DNA of 64,000 bases, taken from positions 10 through 64,009 of the forward strand of contig JBHPLC010000007.1 of the NCBI GenBank assembly GCA_042564455.1. The letters are read 5' to 3'. The position numbers and the translations under genes are program-made. Origin of the DNA: Candidatus Zhuqueibacterota bacterium (GTDB taxonomy: Bacteria; SM23-31). Positions 28,041 to 39,002 of the stretch are shown one piece after another (the stretch's first letter is position 1; each line of letters begins with the position of its first letter). Below the pieces are notes generated by a model that worked only from the letters and a program-made list of their open reading frames with translations, did not search any database and was not told the origin of the DNA.

Positions 28041-29660
28041 ATGAATTTTTCATTTAAAGCAGCCCGATTATTTAAAACAGCCTCTGTTCTGACAGTATTT
28101 CTGCTGATTTTCAGCCTGTTTTATTATCCGGTGAACAAAGCGGAATTTGACAATTCCCCTGAATATTCCGTAACTTGCACCAGTATAATAGCAGGTAAAC
28201 TGGCAACGGTTGATGGTTCTACCATCACGTCCCATACCTGTGATTCATTCGGCGACAGGACATGGGCGAACATTGTCCCACGGGAGAGACATGAACCCGG
28301 TTCCACTGTTGAAATTTTCCGCAATATGAAATACCCGGAGTTCGCAACCGATCTGACCAGACTAATTAAAACCGGTGAGATCCCGCAGGTTGAGGAGACT
28401 TATGCATTTTTCAACACGGCTTATCCCGCTATGAATGAATACCAGGTAGGAATGGGAGAGACCACAATCGGCGGAAGAAGAGAGCTTCGCACCTCGAACG
28501 GTATATTCCAGATCGAAGAACTGCAGAGAATTGTTTTCCAGCGTACAAGAACCGCTCGCGATGCTGTCCAGATGATGGGTGATCTTGCAGAGAAATACGG
28601 TTACATCGATACCGGTGAATGCCTTACTGTAATCGATCCGGAGGAAGCCTGGCACTTTGAAATATTCGGGCCCGGCAGAGACAAATTCGGTGCAGTATGG
28701 GCTGCCGTAAGAATTCCGGACGATCATGTGGGAGTATCGGCAAATATACCGAGGATCGCAGAAGTCGACATAAACGACACAAAAAACTATATGGCATCAT
28801 CCAATATATACTCTCTCGCTGAGGAAATGGGATGGTGGGATCCGAACAGTGGTGAGCCGTTCAAAATGTGGAAAGCATACAGCGGTAGAAAACCGTTCAG
28901 TATCCGTGAATTCTGGATACTGAGTCATCTGGCTCCTTCTTTGAATCTAAGCTATGATGACGAAGAGCTTCCTTTCACGGTCAAACCGGAAAAAAAGATA
29001 TCTGCTAAAGATGTGATGGAGTACTTCAAAGAGACCTATACCGGAACTCAGTACGATATGCTGAAAAACCTTACGGTAACTGACCGGCGCTCCGGGGAAA
29101 AAGTAACCAGTCCGGTTGTTCATCCCTGGATGAACTCGGATATGCGCAGTTTTATTAATGAACTTAAACCGGATGCAGTGGAAAGATTCAGGCCTATAGC
29201 AGTCGAGACCTGTGCGTATTCTACCGTTATCCAGGCACGCAACTGGCTGCCGGATGCAGTTGGAGGTGTATGCTGGTTTAGCTGGCATCATGCCGCCATG
29301 TCCGCCAGGACGCCCATCTTTGCCGGAGTAAAAGAGCTGCCTCCTGATTATTCCTATGGTGCTCAGAGACGCTTCAGAAGAGATTCTGCCGCATGGGCAT
29401 TCAGAAGGGCAGAAAGGCTTGCGGTGGAGATTTGGCCGGAAGCAAAACCGGTCCTGGATGAAACTATCAGAAAATTCGAAGAACAGGCTTTCTTCGAAAT
29501 TCCGGGGATCGAGAAGAAATACGTAGAACTCAGCAGGACCGATCCTGAAAAAGCGCTCGATTTTATAACGGATTACAGTAATAACTTCTGCCGTTCCGTT
29601 ACTCACAAATACTGGGAGTTAGGTGATCAATTCTGGGGAAGCGTCGCAAGAAAATGGTAG
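28041..29660 (+). CDS. C69 family dipeptidase (Ntn hydrolase), secreted
   Basis: CTSIIAGKLATVDGS N-terminal nucleophile, MNEYQVGMGETT, WAAVRIPDD..SAN. Confidence 0.9.
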   Translation: MNFSFKAARLFKTASVLTVFLLIFSLFYYPVNKAEFDNSPEYSVTCTSIIAGKLATVDGSTITSHTCDSFGDRTWANIVPRERHEPGSTVEIFRNMKYPEFATDLTRLIKTGEIPQVEETYAFFNTAYPAMNEYQVGMGETTIGGRRELRTSNGIFQIEELQRIVFQRTRTARDAVQMMGDLAEKYGYIDTGECLTVIDPEEAWHFEIFGPGRDKFGAVWAAVRIPDDHVGVSANIPRIAEVDINDTKNYMASSNIYSLAEEMGWWDPNSGEPFKMWKAYSGRKPFSIREFWILSHLAPSLNLSYDDEELPFTVKPEKKISAKDVMEYFKETYTGTQYDMLKNLTVTDRRSGEKVTSPVVHPWMNSDMRSFINELKPDAVERFRPIAVETCAYSTVIQARNWLPDAVGGVCWFSWHHAAMSARTPIFAGVKELPPDYSYGAQRRFRRDSAAWAFRRAERLAVEIWPEAKPVLDETIRKFEEQAFFEIPGIEKKYVELSRTDPEKALDFITDYSNNFCRSVTHKYWELGDQFWGSVARKW

Positions 29661-29745
29661 TTGAAAAAGCATGTTATAAATATGAAAGTGCTGCAAAGTA
29701 TAGTTCTATCTGAAAAGTTAATATCCCAAATATAAGGAAGACAGC

Positions 29746-31407
29746 ATGGACTCTATCGGTCTCGGATTTGTAGATTATCTGATCATCGTAATATATTTTG
29801 TTTTTGTGCTCGGTATTGGATTCTATCTCAAAAGATTCATGAAAAATGATGAAGACTTTTTTCTGGCAGGCAGAAAGAACAGCGCATGGGTAGCTGGTAT
29901 CGCTTTCCTTTCTGCCAACATGGGAGCTCTCGAACTTCTTGGAATGACGGGGAATACATACAAATACGGTATGTATGTGGCACATTTCTACTGGATCGGA
30001 GCAATTCCGGCAATGCTTTTCCTCGCACTTTACATGATGCCGTTCTATTACAGCAGCAGGATCAAATCCATCCCGGGTTACCTTAAACTCCGTTTCGATG
30101 AAAAAACCAGGGTATTGAACGGTATTTCTTTCGGTGTGATGACCCTGCTGGTTTCAGGAATAAATCTTTACGCAATGGCACTGGTACTGCATACGTTTCT
30201 CGGATGGCAGTGGGACCTGTGTATGTGGGTCTCTGCCGCTACGGTAGCGGTATATGTTTCTCTCAGCGGACTGATGTCTGCTATCTTTACCGAGGTCGTT
30301 CAGTTTTTCCTAATCTGGTTCGGCCTGTTTCTTGTTTCACTGATGGGGATTTTCGAGATCGGCAGCATAAATGAGATACTGAGCAGGGTAGATGAATCAT
30401 TTAGTACACTCTGGTCGACATCAGGCGATCCCACCCAGAACGGTATGATGATAACATGGGGAGGTATAGTCCTCGGACTGGGTTTTGTCTTATCCTTCGG
30501 ATACTGGACAACGGATTTCCTTGTTGTGCAGAGAGCTTTTTCTGCAAAAGACCTCCGTGCTGCGAGAATGACCCCGATAATTGCTTCGTTCTTTAAAATG
30601 GCGCTGCCTTTTATAGTGATCCTTGCTGGATTGATAGCTCTTCTGCTCGCGCGGGACCCGAACAGCGGTTTCAGATTACTGACAGAGAACGGCAACATAA
30701 ACTATGACTCCGCATTACCATTGCTGATCGCAAGATACTATCCGCCGGGACTGATAGGTCTGGGTGTCACTGCTCTGCTGGCAGGATTCATGGCCGGTCA
30801 GGCAGGAAATATAAGCGCATTCAACACTGTCTGGACTTATGACATTTACAAATCGGTCATAAATAAGAAAGCCTCAAGCGAACACCTTTTATGGATGGGC
30901 AGGGTTGCCACAATTGTCGGGATATTTCTCAGCGTTATGACAGCATACTGGGCTAAAGGATTCCCGAGCATTATGGACTACATGCAGGCAATATTCTCCT
31001 GGGTCAACGCCCCGCTGTTCGCAACTATGCTGCTCGGTATGTTCGTCGTGTGGATCACACCCGCAGGAGCTTTCTGGGGATTGATTATCGGAATGGTTTC
31101 ATCCTTCTCAATGTTCCTGGCGGTTAAATTCGAATGGATCAGCAGAAGTATGATAACAATGTCCGAGACCTCGAGCGATATGGCCGCTAACTTCTGGCGT
31201 GCATGGTGGGCATGGCTGATATGTTTTGCTTTCACAATAATTATTAGCCTGTTTACAAAGAAGAAACCGAAAGAGGAGCTTACAGGTCTGGTAAAAGGAC
31301 TCACGGATACTGCGGATTCATCAGGAGTTCCATACTATAAAAAACCTGAATTCTATGCAGTTATTTCTCTTGTAATTTTTGTCATCCTGAATATATATTT
31401 CTGGTAA
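29746..31407 (+). CDS. Sodium:solute symporter, probably galactose/sugar
   Basis: DFFLAGR, SANMGALE, YWTTDFLVVQRAFSA, FNTVWTYDIY; adjacent to galK. Confidence 0.92.
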   Translation: MDSIGLGFVDYLIIVIYFVFVLGIGFYLKRFMKNDEDFFLAGRKNSAWVAGIAFLSANMGALELLGMTGNTYKYGMYVAHFYWIGAIPAMLFLALYMMPFYYSSRIKSIPGYLKLRFDEKTRVLNGISFGVMTLLVSGINLYAMALVLHTFLGWQWDLCMWVSAATVAVYVSLSGLMSAIFTEVVQFFLIWFGLFLVSLMGIFEIGSINEILSRVDESFSTLWSTSGDPTQNGMMITWGGIVLGLGFVLSFGYWTTDFLVVQRAFSAKDLRAARMTPIIASFFKMALPFIVILAGLIALLLARDPNSGFRLLTENGNINYDSALPLLIARYYPPGLIGLGVTALLAGFMAGQAGNISAFNTVWTYDIYKSVINKKASSEHLLWMGRVATIVGIFLSVMTAYWAKGFPSIMDYMQAIFSWVNAPLFATMLLGMFVVWITPAGAFWGLIIGMVSSFSMFLAVKFEWISRSMITMSETSSDMAANFWRAWWAWLICFAFTIIISLFTKKKPKEELTGLVKGLTDTADSSGVPYYKKPEFYAVISLVIFVILNIYFW

Positions 31408-31420
31408 AAGGAAAAAATTA

Positions 31421-31624
31421 ATGAAAACAATTTGGTATTTTATCGGGCTGGTGTTGTTGATAATGGGCGGAATAGTCCTGCTGACTGGATTTTATCTGTT
31501 GATAAGCCCTCCGGATACAAAAACTGTCCTTGCAGAAACCAATCCGAACATCTGGTGGGGGGCATTTATGCTTCTGACCGGTTTGATCTTTTTTGTAAAA
31601 AACAGAAAAGCAACCGTGGATTAG
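31421..31624 (+). CDS. Small two-TM membrane protein associated with the SSS transporter
   Basis: Two hydrophobic helices, NIWWG motif, AAGGA SD. Confidence 0.75.
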   Translation: MKTIWYFIGLVLLIMGGIVLLTGFYLLISPPDTKTVLAETNPNIWWGAFMLLTGLIFFVKNRKATVD

Positions 31625-31637
31625 GCCCAAAAATATT

Positions 31638-32834
31638 TTGCTGACAGAAAAGAATATGGAATCAAATAACCAATATTTAATCAGCCTGATAGATAAATAT
31701 ATTGAGCTTTTTAAGAGAAGGCCTCAAGTCTGTGCAAAAGCCCCCGGCAGGGCGAATGTTATCGGAGAACATACCGACTACAACAACGGATTTGTCCTGC
31801 CTTTCGGTATCGATAAGTGCATATATGGATGCGGATCAAAAAGAAATGATGATAAGATTATAATTCATACTGTGGATTTTAAAGATCATGCTGAATTTGC
31901 ACTTAATAATATAACATCTGATCCATTCAAAACATGGGTGAATTATCCGAAAGGTGTTTTGAGTGAAATGATCAGAGACGGTTATCACCTCGGCGGTTTT
32001 GATATGATTTTCGGCGGGAATGTTCCGGTCGCGGCAGGTCTGAGTTCGTCGGCAGCAGTGGAAGTTGTCACTGCGGTTTTATTAAGAGAAGTATTCCGGA
32101 TCAATATTGAAGATATGGATCTTGTGAAACTCTGTCAGAACGCAGAAAGAAATTTTGTCGGTGTTCAGTGCGGTATTATGGATCAGTTTGCTTCATACAT
32201 GGCGAAAAAGGACCATACTGTACTCCTTGACTGCAGGTCCCTGGATTATGAATATATCCCGTTTGACCTCAGATCGCATTCAGTTGTTTTATGTAATACA
32301 CTGAAGAAACGGGAACTGGTCGATTCGGAATACAACAGTCGGAGAACCGAATGTGAAAAAGGAGTTGAATATTTTTATAAGATCGATCCTGATATCAATT
32401 CACTGCGGGATGTTGAGTTGGCTCTGTTCGAAGAGCAAAAAGATAAGCTGGATAAATCAGTCCGGAAAAGATGCGAACATGTAATAAAAGAGAACGCAAG
32501 GGTAATGGATTGTATAAATGCCTTAAAAAAAAATGACCTCGTAGAAACAGGAAAACTCCTTCTGGAATCGCATTACAGTTTGAAATACCTTTATGAGGTA
32601 AGCTGTGACGAGCTTGACATATTAATTGAAATAGGAAAAGAAACCAGTGGTTTCCTCGGAGGCAGGATGATGGGCGCTGGATTCGGGGGCTGTACAATAA
32701 ACATTGTAGAAAATACACACCTCGATAACTTCTGCAAAAAAGTCAAATCCGAATACTCTAAAAAAACCTCGATCACCCCTGAAATATACATCTGCCGGGT
32801 CGAAGACGGAGCAGAAGTAATAGAAACAAACTGA
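31638..32834 (+). CDS. galK: Galactokinase
   Basis: APGRANVIGEHTDYN, AGLSSSAA, CGIMDQ, RMMGAGFGGC; ATG 31656 is an alternative start. Confidence 0.96.
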   Translation: MLTEKNMESNNQYLISLIDKYIELFKRRPQVCAKAPGRANVIGEHTDYNNGFVLPFGIDKCIYGCGSKRNDDKIIIHTVDFKDHAEFALNNITSDPFKTWVNYPKGVLSEMIRDGYHLGGFDMIFGGNVPVAAGLSSSAAVEVVTAVLLREVFRINIEDMDLVKLCQNAERNFVGVQCGIMDQFASYMAKKDHTVLLDCRSLDYEYIPFDLRSHSVVLCNTLKKRELVDSEYNSRRTECEKGVEYFYKIDPDINSLRDVELALFEEQKDKLDKSVRKRCEHVIKENARVMDCINALKKNDLVETGKLLLESHYSLKYLYEVSCDELDILIEIGKETSGFLGGRMMGAGFGGCTINIVENTHLDNFCKKVKSEYSKKTSITPEIYICRVEDGAEVIETN

Positions 32835-32845
32835 TCGGTTAAGTA

Positions 32846-33841
32846 TTATTTTCCAACTGCCTTCCTTATCTCCTCAGCGCAGACATCCGGATCGGAGGGA
32901 TTGATCGAATAACCGAACATATCAGCACCAACGATGTGTTTTCGGATACCGGGACCTCGTAAAAGACTTACAATATGGATCTGAAAATGATAATCATAAT
33001 CGTTTCCATCAGTTGGAGACTGGACGATCGCCAGAGTGTAATGGAAAGGGATATTGAACAGATTATCCAGTCCTGTAAGAACCTGCTTGAGGATCTGTGC
33101 CAGCGATCTCTTATCTTTAGTGCTTAATTCAGTAATATCACGGTAATGCTTCACGGGTGTAATGATCACTTCATAAGGCAGTGTAGCAGCAAAAGGTACA
33201 AAAGCAAGAAAAGAGTCATTTGAACTCACGATCCGTTTTACCCCCTTTTTTTCAAATTCGTTCGTTTTGCATACAAAACACTCTTCAGTTTTCTGAAATT
33301 CAAATATCTGATGGCGTGCTATTAGATCAGGGATCTCTGTATAAGCATAAACCTGCCCGTGAGGGTGCGGTTGAGAGTTGCCCATTATCATTCCGCGGTT
33401 CTCAAAGATCAGGACATAGTCGATTTCGGAATGCGATTCCAGGCGGCTGTAGGTCTCCTGCCACATATCTGTTACCTTAACAATGTTCGAAACATCCATG
33501 GTGGAAAGACTTTTTGAGTGATCCGGACTGTATATCAGTACTTCACATATACCGTTGGCTGGCATGCTCATATATGGAGTTTCAGTCGAAACCTTACTTT
33601 GAATACTAAAATCCAGTGAAGGAAAATCGTTAGCGAACGACCAAGTATCAGTATAATCTGGATTGACTTTTCCACCCGCCCGTTTATTCCCGGGACATAA
33701 ATAACAATCAGGATCGTAAGGTAAAAGTTTTTCCCCTTCCAGCTCACTTAATTCACCGCTCCAGGGTCGAGACTGCCTGTTCGAAGCGATAACAACTGAC
33801 CTTCCCCAGAAGGGATTATAACGAATTTCGTTTTTTTTCAT
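32846..33841 (-). CDS. galT: Galactose-1-phosphate uridylyltransferase
   Basis: RPW, CYLCPGN, NDFP, FENRG..GNSQPHPHGQ. Confidence 0.95.
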   Translation of the reverse strand: MKKNEIRYNPFWGRSVVIASNRQSRPWSGELSELEGEKLLPYDPDCYLCPGNKRAGGKVNPDYTDTWSFANDFPSLDFSIQSKVSTETPYMSMPANGICEVLIYSPDHSKSLSTMDVSNIVKVTDMWQETYSRLESHSEIDYVLIFENRGMIMGNSQPHPHGQVYAYTEIPDLIARHQIFEFQKTEECFVCKTNEFEKKGVKRIVSSNDSFLAFVPFAATLPYEVIITPVKHYRDITELSTKDKRSLAQILKQVLTGLDNLFNIPFHYTLAIVQSPTDGNDYDYHFQIHIVSLLRGPGIRKHIVGADMFGYSINPSDPDVCAEEIRKAVGK

Positions 33842-34035
33842 TTATTACACCTGGTTTATAATTTATGTAATGGATAAACAGGATCATTGTGAAGGAACGA
33901 GCAAAAAAACATTTGATATTTAATTATATTATAATTTTCTTACTTAGACAAGCATCTTTTATCTTTTATTACAGTTATAATATAACATTTATCATCGTTA
34001 TACTATAAAAGAATGAAATATCACCGGAGGTCGCA

Positions 34036-35331
34036 ATGATCAGAAAATTATTAAATATCAGGTTTTTAATCTTATTTATTGTACTGATAACACTGTTTTC
34101 CAGTTCATTTGCTCAGGAATTGGAGGAATGTACTATAGGTGTTGCATCAGGCAAAGCAACAACAGACGGAAGACCAATGATCTGGAAAACCCGCGATTTT
34201 ACGTCCGCTCCGAATAATGAAATTTATTATAACACCTCAGGCAATATAAATTTTGTATGTGTTGTTACAGCGAACGGATCACCAAATTCCGATGCATGGA
34301 TGGGTATAAATGAAAAAGGATTCGCAATATTGAACTCTGTCAGCTCCGACCTGCCTGGCAGCAGCCGTACCGGAATGGGTAACGGTGGATTCATGAGACA
34401 CGCTCTGGCTAATTGCGGAACAGTTGCAGATTTTGAAATACTCCTGAAAGAAACAGATGTTTCCGGCAGAACCACTAAAGCTAATTTTGCTGTATTGGAT
34501 GCAATAGGTGCTGTGGCAATTTACGAGACCGCGAATAATCAGCATTGGAAATATGATGCAAACGATCCAAAAACTGCACCGGACGGATACCTTGTGAAAA
34601 CTAACTTTGCCTTTAACGGCGGCGGTAAAGGAGGCATTGAGCGCTTTGAACGGACAACCAAACTGGTTCCGGGGTATTTTAAAAAAGGAGAACTGAATTA
34701 CAAAAGCATATTGCGCGACCAAATGAGAGATTTTGTTGATAAAGATAACAATCCCATTGAACTACCTTTCAAAGACAAATGGGATGAAAAAAGCCCTTAC
34801 GGATATATTTCCTGCAATTTGTGCATATGCCGCCCGTCTTCAGTGTCTGCCGCTGTTATGCAGGGAGTCAAACCAGGAGAGGATCCCAGATTAAGCACAT
34901 TATGGGCTATGTTAGGCCAGCCGGCTATGTCGATTACTGTTCCTTACTGGCCGGTCGGACCTGCCCCGGAGGCAGCAAACGGATCCCGGACCGCACCTCT
35001 TGCCGATATTTCAAACAAGATCAAAGAACTTCTGTTCGATCATGTTGAAATGGCTGTTGATCCAAGAACCCAGCGCGAAGCAAGAACCAGGGCGAGTCGA
35101 AACCTCATCGATTCATTTAAATTACGTGACGAAAACGGAAACGGTCTCTGGGCTGAGATATTCCCGGCTGAAGATAAGATTTTTGAAAAAGCTGAGGCTA
35201 ACCTCGAGAACTGGCGCAAAACCGGAGTAAATACTGAAGATATGCTTAAAACCGAATCTCTACTTTCGTCATCAGCGCTGTCTGCACTTGAAAAGGCATA
35301 CGAAAACCTCTTGAGGACCGGAAAAAAATAA
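34036..35331 (+). CDS. Secreted Ntn-hydrolase (C45/C69-like acyltransferase/peptidase)
   Basis: ECTIGVASGKATTDGRPMIWKTRD, MGINEKGFAI, KTNF. Confidence 0.8.
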   Translation: MIRKLLNIRFLILFIVLITLFSSSFAQELEECTIGVASGKATTDGRPMIWKTRDFTSAPNNEIYYNTSGNINFVCVVTANGSPNSDAWMGINEKGFAILNSVSSDLPGSSRTGMGNGGFMRHALANCGTVADFEILLKETDVSGRTTKANFAVLDAIGAVAIYETANNQHWKYDANDPKTAPDGYLVKTNFAFNGGGKGGIERFERTTKLVPGYFKKGELNYKSILRDQMRDFVDKDNNPIELPFKDKWDEKSPYGYISCNLCICRPSSVSAAVMQGVKPGEDPRLSTLWAMLGQPAMSITVPYWPVGPAPEAANGSRTAPLADISNKIKELLFDHVEMAVDPRTQREARTRASRNLIDSFKLRDENGNGLWAEIFPAEDKIFEKAEANLENWRKTGVNTEDMLKTESLLSSSALSALEKAYENLLRTGKK

Positions 35332-35332
35332 A

Positions 35333-35614
35333 TTAGGAATACGTAAAGTGCTGGGTGCGAGTGTTGAAAATATTACCGTAATGATGTCTAAAAGTTTTCT
35401 CCTATGGGTCTTACTGGCAAATGTGATCGCGTCTCCCATAGCATATATCGTTATGAGGCTATGGGAACAAAATTATACCTACCGTGCCGGTTTCAGTTTG
35501 GATATATTTTTATATACTGCTGTGATAACAATTTTTACAACGTTATTAACGATTTTATTGCCTATATTGAAGTCAGCTTTTACTAATCCGGTGGAAGTTT
35601 TACGGCATGAATAA
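35333..35614 (+). pseudogene. C-terminal fragment of a MacB/FtsX-type ABC permease
   Basis: LGIRKVLGASV...LANVIASPIAY...TNPVEVLRHE; homology begins abruptly at the upstream gene's stop. Confidence 0.85.
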
Positions 35615-35653
35615 AAAAATATGAAAACATTTATACGATAATTCCGTATATAT

Positions 35654-36925
35654 GTGAAAAATGGAGTAATTTTGGATAGAAAGATCAAGAAAAAGAAATG
35701 GCCGCCCCGCAGAATTGCAGTGTATCTGTTAAGCACGGCTTTTATTGTTTTTGTTGCCTATTCTTTTATAACCGAAAGTGAAGGATCAAAACTGAATGTA
35801 CGGGCCGAGAGACTGGCCATATCAGAAGTTACAATTGGGCCTTTTCTTGAGTTCACACCGGTTACCGGTACAATAATTCCGAAAGAATCAATTAATTTTG
35901 AAGCCGCTGAGGGCGGAAGGGTAAAAACTATTCATATCGAAGCCGGTAATTTTGTAACTGAAGGTGATATTATACTGGAACTCGAAAATACTTCCCTGCA
36001 GCTTGAATACCAGAATAGAGAATCTCAATTTATAGATCAGGAAAATAATCTTAACAGGTCTATACTCGAAATGCAGAAGAACTTCAGGCAGTGGAGACAG
36101 GATATTATGAATGCTGAATATACTTCCAGAAGGTCTCAGAGAAATTTCGAGAAAAACAGAAGCCTTCTTGGAATGGGAGCCCTGTCACGCTTCGAATTTG
36201 AGCAATCCAAGGAGGATTACGAACAGAATGTAAAGAGAGAAACCTATCTTTTAGAGAAATTCGGGACAGATTCTCTGCTCAGTGTATCCCAGATAAAAGA
36301 ATTAAGGAGTTCTCTCGAAAGAACAAAAAACAGCCTGGAATTTTTAAAGGAAAGAGTTGAAAATCTTAAATTAAAAGCTCCTATTTCCGGTCTGCTCACA
36401 TCGCTCGAAGCCGAACTCGGACAGAGTGTAAATACCGGCAGAAGTTTCGGAAGAATTGATATTATTAATGAATACCGGGTCAGGGCAAATGTTGGTGAAC
36501 ATTATATTGCCAGAGTAAATGTCGGACAGGAAGCAACATATAAATTGTCTAACTATGAGGGGGATCTTTTAGTTGACAGAGTATACCCTGAAGTAAGAAA
36601 TTCAACCTTTCAGGTCGATTTCGAATTTGTTGAGAGGGATTTTACACGGTTCAGAAGGGGGCAGACATTGTCGATCCGGATTTCTTTAAGCAATCTGACA
36701 GAATCCGTTCAGATACCTACAGGCGGATTCTTTGAAAAAACCGGGGGGAATTGGATATTTGTTGTTGATGAATCCGGAGAAAAAGCAACAAAGAGATTTA
36801 TTAAACTCGGCAGGAAAAACACGGAAGCATATGAAATTGTTGAAGGCCTCGAGATCGGAGAAAAAGTAATTACTTCATCATATAATAATTTTGGCGATAA
36901 CGATATCCTGATCTTGAAATACTAA
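35654..36925 (+). CDS. Efflux periplasmic adaptor (HlyD/MacA-like)
   Basis: EGGRVKTI..AG..V.EGD, coiled coil, KAPISG, FFEKTGGNWIFV. Confidence 0.92.
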   Translation: MKNGVILDRKIKKKKWPPRRIAVYLLSTAFIVFVAYSFITESEGSKLNVRAERLAISEVTIGPFLEFTPVTGTIIPKESINFEAAEGGRVKTIHIEAGNFVTEGDIILELENTSLQLEYQNRESQFIDQENNLNRSILEMQKNFRQWRQDIMNAEYTSRRSQRNFEKNRSLLGMGALSRFEFEQSKEDYEQNVKRETYLLEKFGTDSLLSVSQIKELRSSLERTKNSLEFLKERVENLKLKAPISGLLTSLEAELGQSVNTGRSFGRIDIINEYRVRANVGEHYIARVNVGQEATYKLSNYEGDLLVDRVYPEVRNSTFQVDFEFVERDFTRFRRGQTLSIRISLSNLTESVQIPTGGFFEKTGGNWIFVVDESGEKATKRFIKLGRKNTEAYEIVEGLEIGEKVITSSYNNFGDNDILILKY

Positions 36926-36999
36926 AGATTTTTCTTTCATCAAATATTTAATATATTATATTTCCATATATTGATTTTGGTATTTTAAGGAGAATAGTC

Positions 37000-37674
37000 A
37001 TGATCAAAACAGAGAGTCTTAAAAAGATCTACCTGACTGAAGAGATTGAGACTACCGCTCTTAATAATATTAATATTAATGTTGAAAAGGGGGAGTTTGT
37101 TGCCATTATGGGACCCTCTGGATGCGGTAAGTCCACTTTACTGAATATTTTAGGTCTGCTCGATAATCCTTCAGACGGAAAATATTTCTTCCTCGAGAAT
37201 GAAGTTTCAGGATTTTCCGAAAGGGACAGGGCTGACCTGAGAAAATCCAACATCGGTTTTGTTTTCCAGAATTTTAATCTGATCGATGAACTTACTGTTT
37301 ATGAAAATGTAGAACTGCCGCTGCTGTATCTCGGATATTCATCCGCCGACCGGAAAGAGCGCGTGGGCGAAGTTCTCGATGAAATGCAGATAATGCACAG
37401 AAAAAACCATTTTCCTCAGCAGCTGTCCGGCGGTCAGCAGCAGAGAGTCGCTGTCGGAAGAGCAGTTGTGGCCCGGCCGCATCTGATACTTGCTGATGAG
37501 CCGACAGGTAATCTTGATTCCAAACATGGCGGTGAGGTTATGGATATGCTTAGAGATCTTAACAAACAGGGCACAACGATAATAATGGTAACACATGCTC
37601 CCGAGTACAGTAAATACGCTAACAGGATCGTTAATCTGTTTGACGGCAAGGTCATAAGCAAACCAGAGAATTAA
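37000..37674 (+). CDS. ABC transporter ATP-binding protein (MacB/LolD-like)
   Basis: GPSGCGKST, LSGGQQQR, LADEPTGNLDS, MVTH. Confidence 0.96.
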   Translation: MIKTESLKKIYLTEEIETTALNNININVEKGEFVAIMGPSGCGKSTLLNILGLLDNPSDGKYFFLENEVSGFSERDRADLRKSNIGFVFQNFNLIDELTVYENVELPLLYLGYSSADRKERVGEVLDEMQIMHRKNHFPQQLSGGQQQRVAVGRAVVARPHLILADEPTGNLDSKHGGEVMDMLRDLNKQGTTIIMVTHAPEYSKYANRIVNLFDGKVISKPEN

Positions 37675-37776
37675 TAATAATGTTTTGTATGTTCGGGATT
37701 TGGTGTACTCCGTGACATCACTCGAATCCGCCGTAACTTTACTGATAACCACAACTAAATTTTAATAACAAATAAT

Positions 37777-37803
37777 GGGGCAGTTTAACCAACTGCCCCG
37801 TTT
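37777..37803 (+). terminator. Intrinsic terminator
   Basis: GGGGCAGTT-5nt-AACTGCCCC followed by GTTT. Confidence 0.7.
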
Positions 37804-38155
37804 AAATCTATTCCGGTCTATCTTCTCCGGACATATACTCCTTATATAATCCGATATCTCATAAATATGATATTTTATTATTGTATCCCCGGAATTGTAG
37901 AATTGCATGACAATTAATAAACATGAAGTATAAATTTAATCCGACGAAGGAAGTAAAAAAAAACACTTGCAAAGACTAAATATATCTTTTAACTTATTAA
38001 CTAATATCTCCAGCATGTTCTGACGACGTACAGACATAAACAAAAATGATTTAGAAAATACTATTACATTTGTGATCCAAAGAATCAAATAATAAATTCG
38101 AATTGGAATAATAATAAGTGTATTTTTTCCCTTTTCTTTTTAAGAGGAGACTGTC

Positions 38156-38995
38156 ATGATCAGAAGAATATTAATCCCACTCGATCATTCACCCTATTCA
38201 GAAGCTGCAGTGGATTACGGCTGTTTTATAGCGAAACAACATAAAGTTGAACTTACCGGTCTGGCAGTACTCGACATTCCGGGGATTGAGAAATCTGTCG
38301 GCCCTGTTCCGGTCGGAGGATCATTTTATGCTAAAAAACTGCGGGAAGATAAAAAGAAGGACGCGCTCGATCAGATAGAAGCTCTGCTGGCTAATTTCAA
38401 AGAGAAATGTCAAAAAGAGGGGGTCATCTGCAGGGAATCCGGGAAGCAGGGGAGCCCGTCGGATGAAATTTTTAAGATATCTATGTTTTATGACATTGCA
38501 ATCATGGGTTTGCGTACGCACTTCAACTTTGAGGAGGAACAAAATGGCGGGGATTCTCTCGATAAAATTATTAATCACTCAATAACGCCTATTCTTGCTG
38601 TCCCTGATCATTTCAGTGATCCCTCTAAAACAAAAAATGTACTTATACCTTTCAACGGCAGTCTGCCTGCCACGAGGGCTCTGCAGAGGTTCGTACAGCT
38701 GCCTGAAGCTGCAATGTTTGATGTTACTATTCTTGTATCTGACGAGAATATGGATGTGGGCAATTATTATTTAGACCAGGCTGAGGCCTACCTGAAAGCA
38801 TATTCTTTTAAGAATATAACCAAAAAATGGACACCGGACAATATTATAGATGCAATGGAAAAGATCTACTACGAGCAAGCCGATCTGGTTGTTGCCGGAA
38901 TGCATTCAAAAAAAGGTTTTCTGGACTTTTTGATTGGAAGTCTGAGTAAATTCCTTATCAGAAAAGCCGAAAAACCAGTACTCCTCGGACAGTAA
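38156..38995 (+). CDS. Universal stress protein (tandem USP)
   Basis: RILIPLDHS, GSPSDEI, VLIPFNGS, DLVVAGMH..IGS..KPVLL; GAGGAG SD. Confidence 0.92.
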   Translation: MIRRILIPLDHSPYSEAAVDYGCFIAKQHKVELTGLAVLDIPGIEKSVGPVPVGGSFYAKKLREDKKKDALDQIEALLANFKEKCQKEGVICRESGKQGSPSDEIFKISMFYDIAIMGLRTHFNFEEEQNGGDSLDKIINHSITPILAVPDHFSDPSKTKNVLIPFNGSLPATRALQRFVQLPEAAMFDVTILVSDENMDVGNYYLDQAEAYLKAYSFKNITKKWTPDNIIDAMEKIYYEQADLVVAGMHSKKGFLDFLIGSLSKFLIRKAEKPVLLGQ

Positions 38996-39002
38996 TAAGT
39001 TT

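Noticed and set aside
28947-29606. 219-aa minus-strand ORF and the many other short overlapping ORFs
   Set aside because: Antisense or out-of-frame shadows of recognisable genes, with no motifs.
33883-33904. Possible remnant of the GTCATTGCGAG repeat
   Set aside because: Too degenerate and lacks the GCAATCTC end.
37690-37740. tRNA-like sequence (TCGAATCC)
   Set aside because: No cloverleaf, acceptor stem or proper T-loop; only a weak hairpin.
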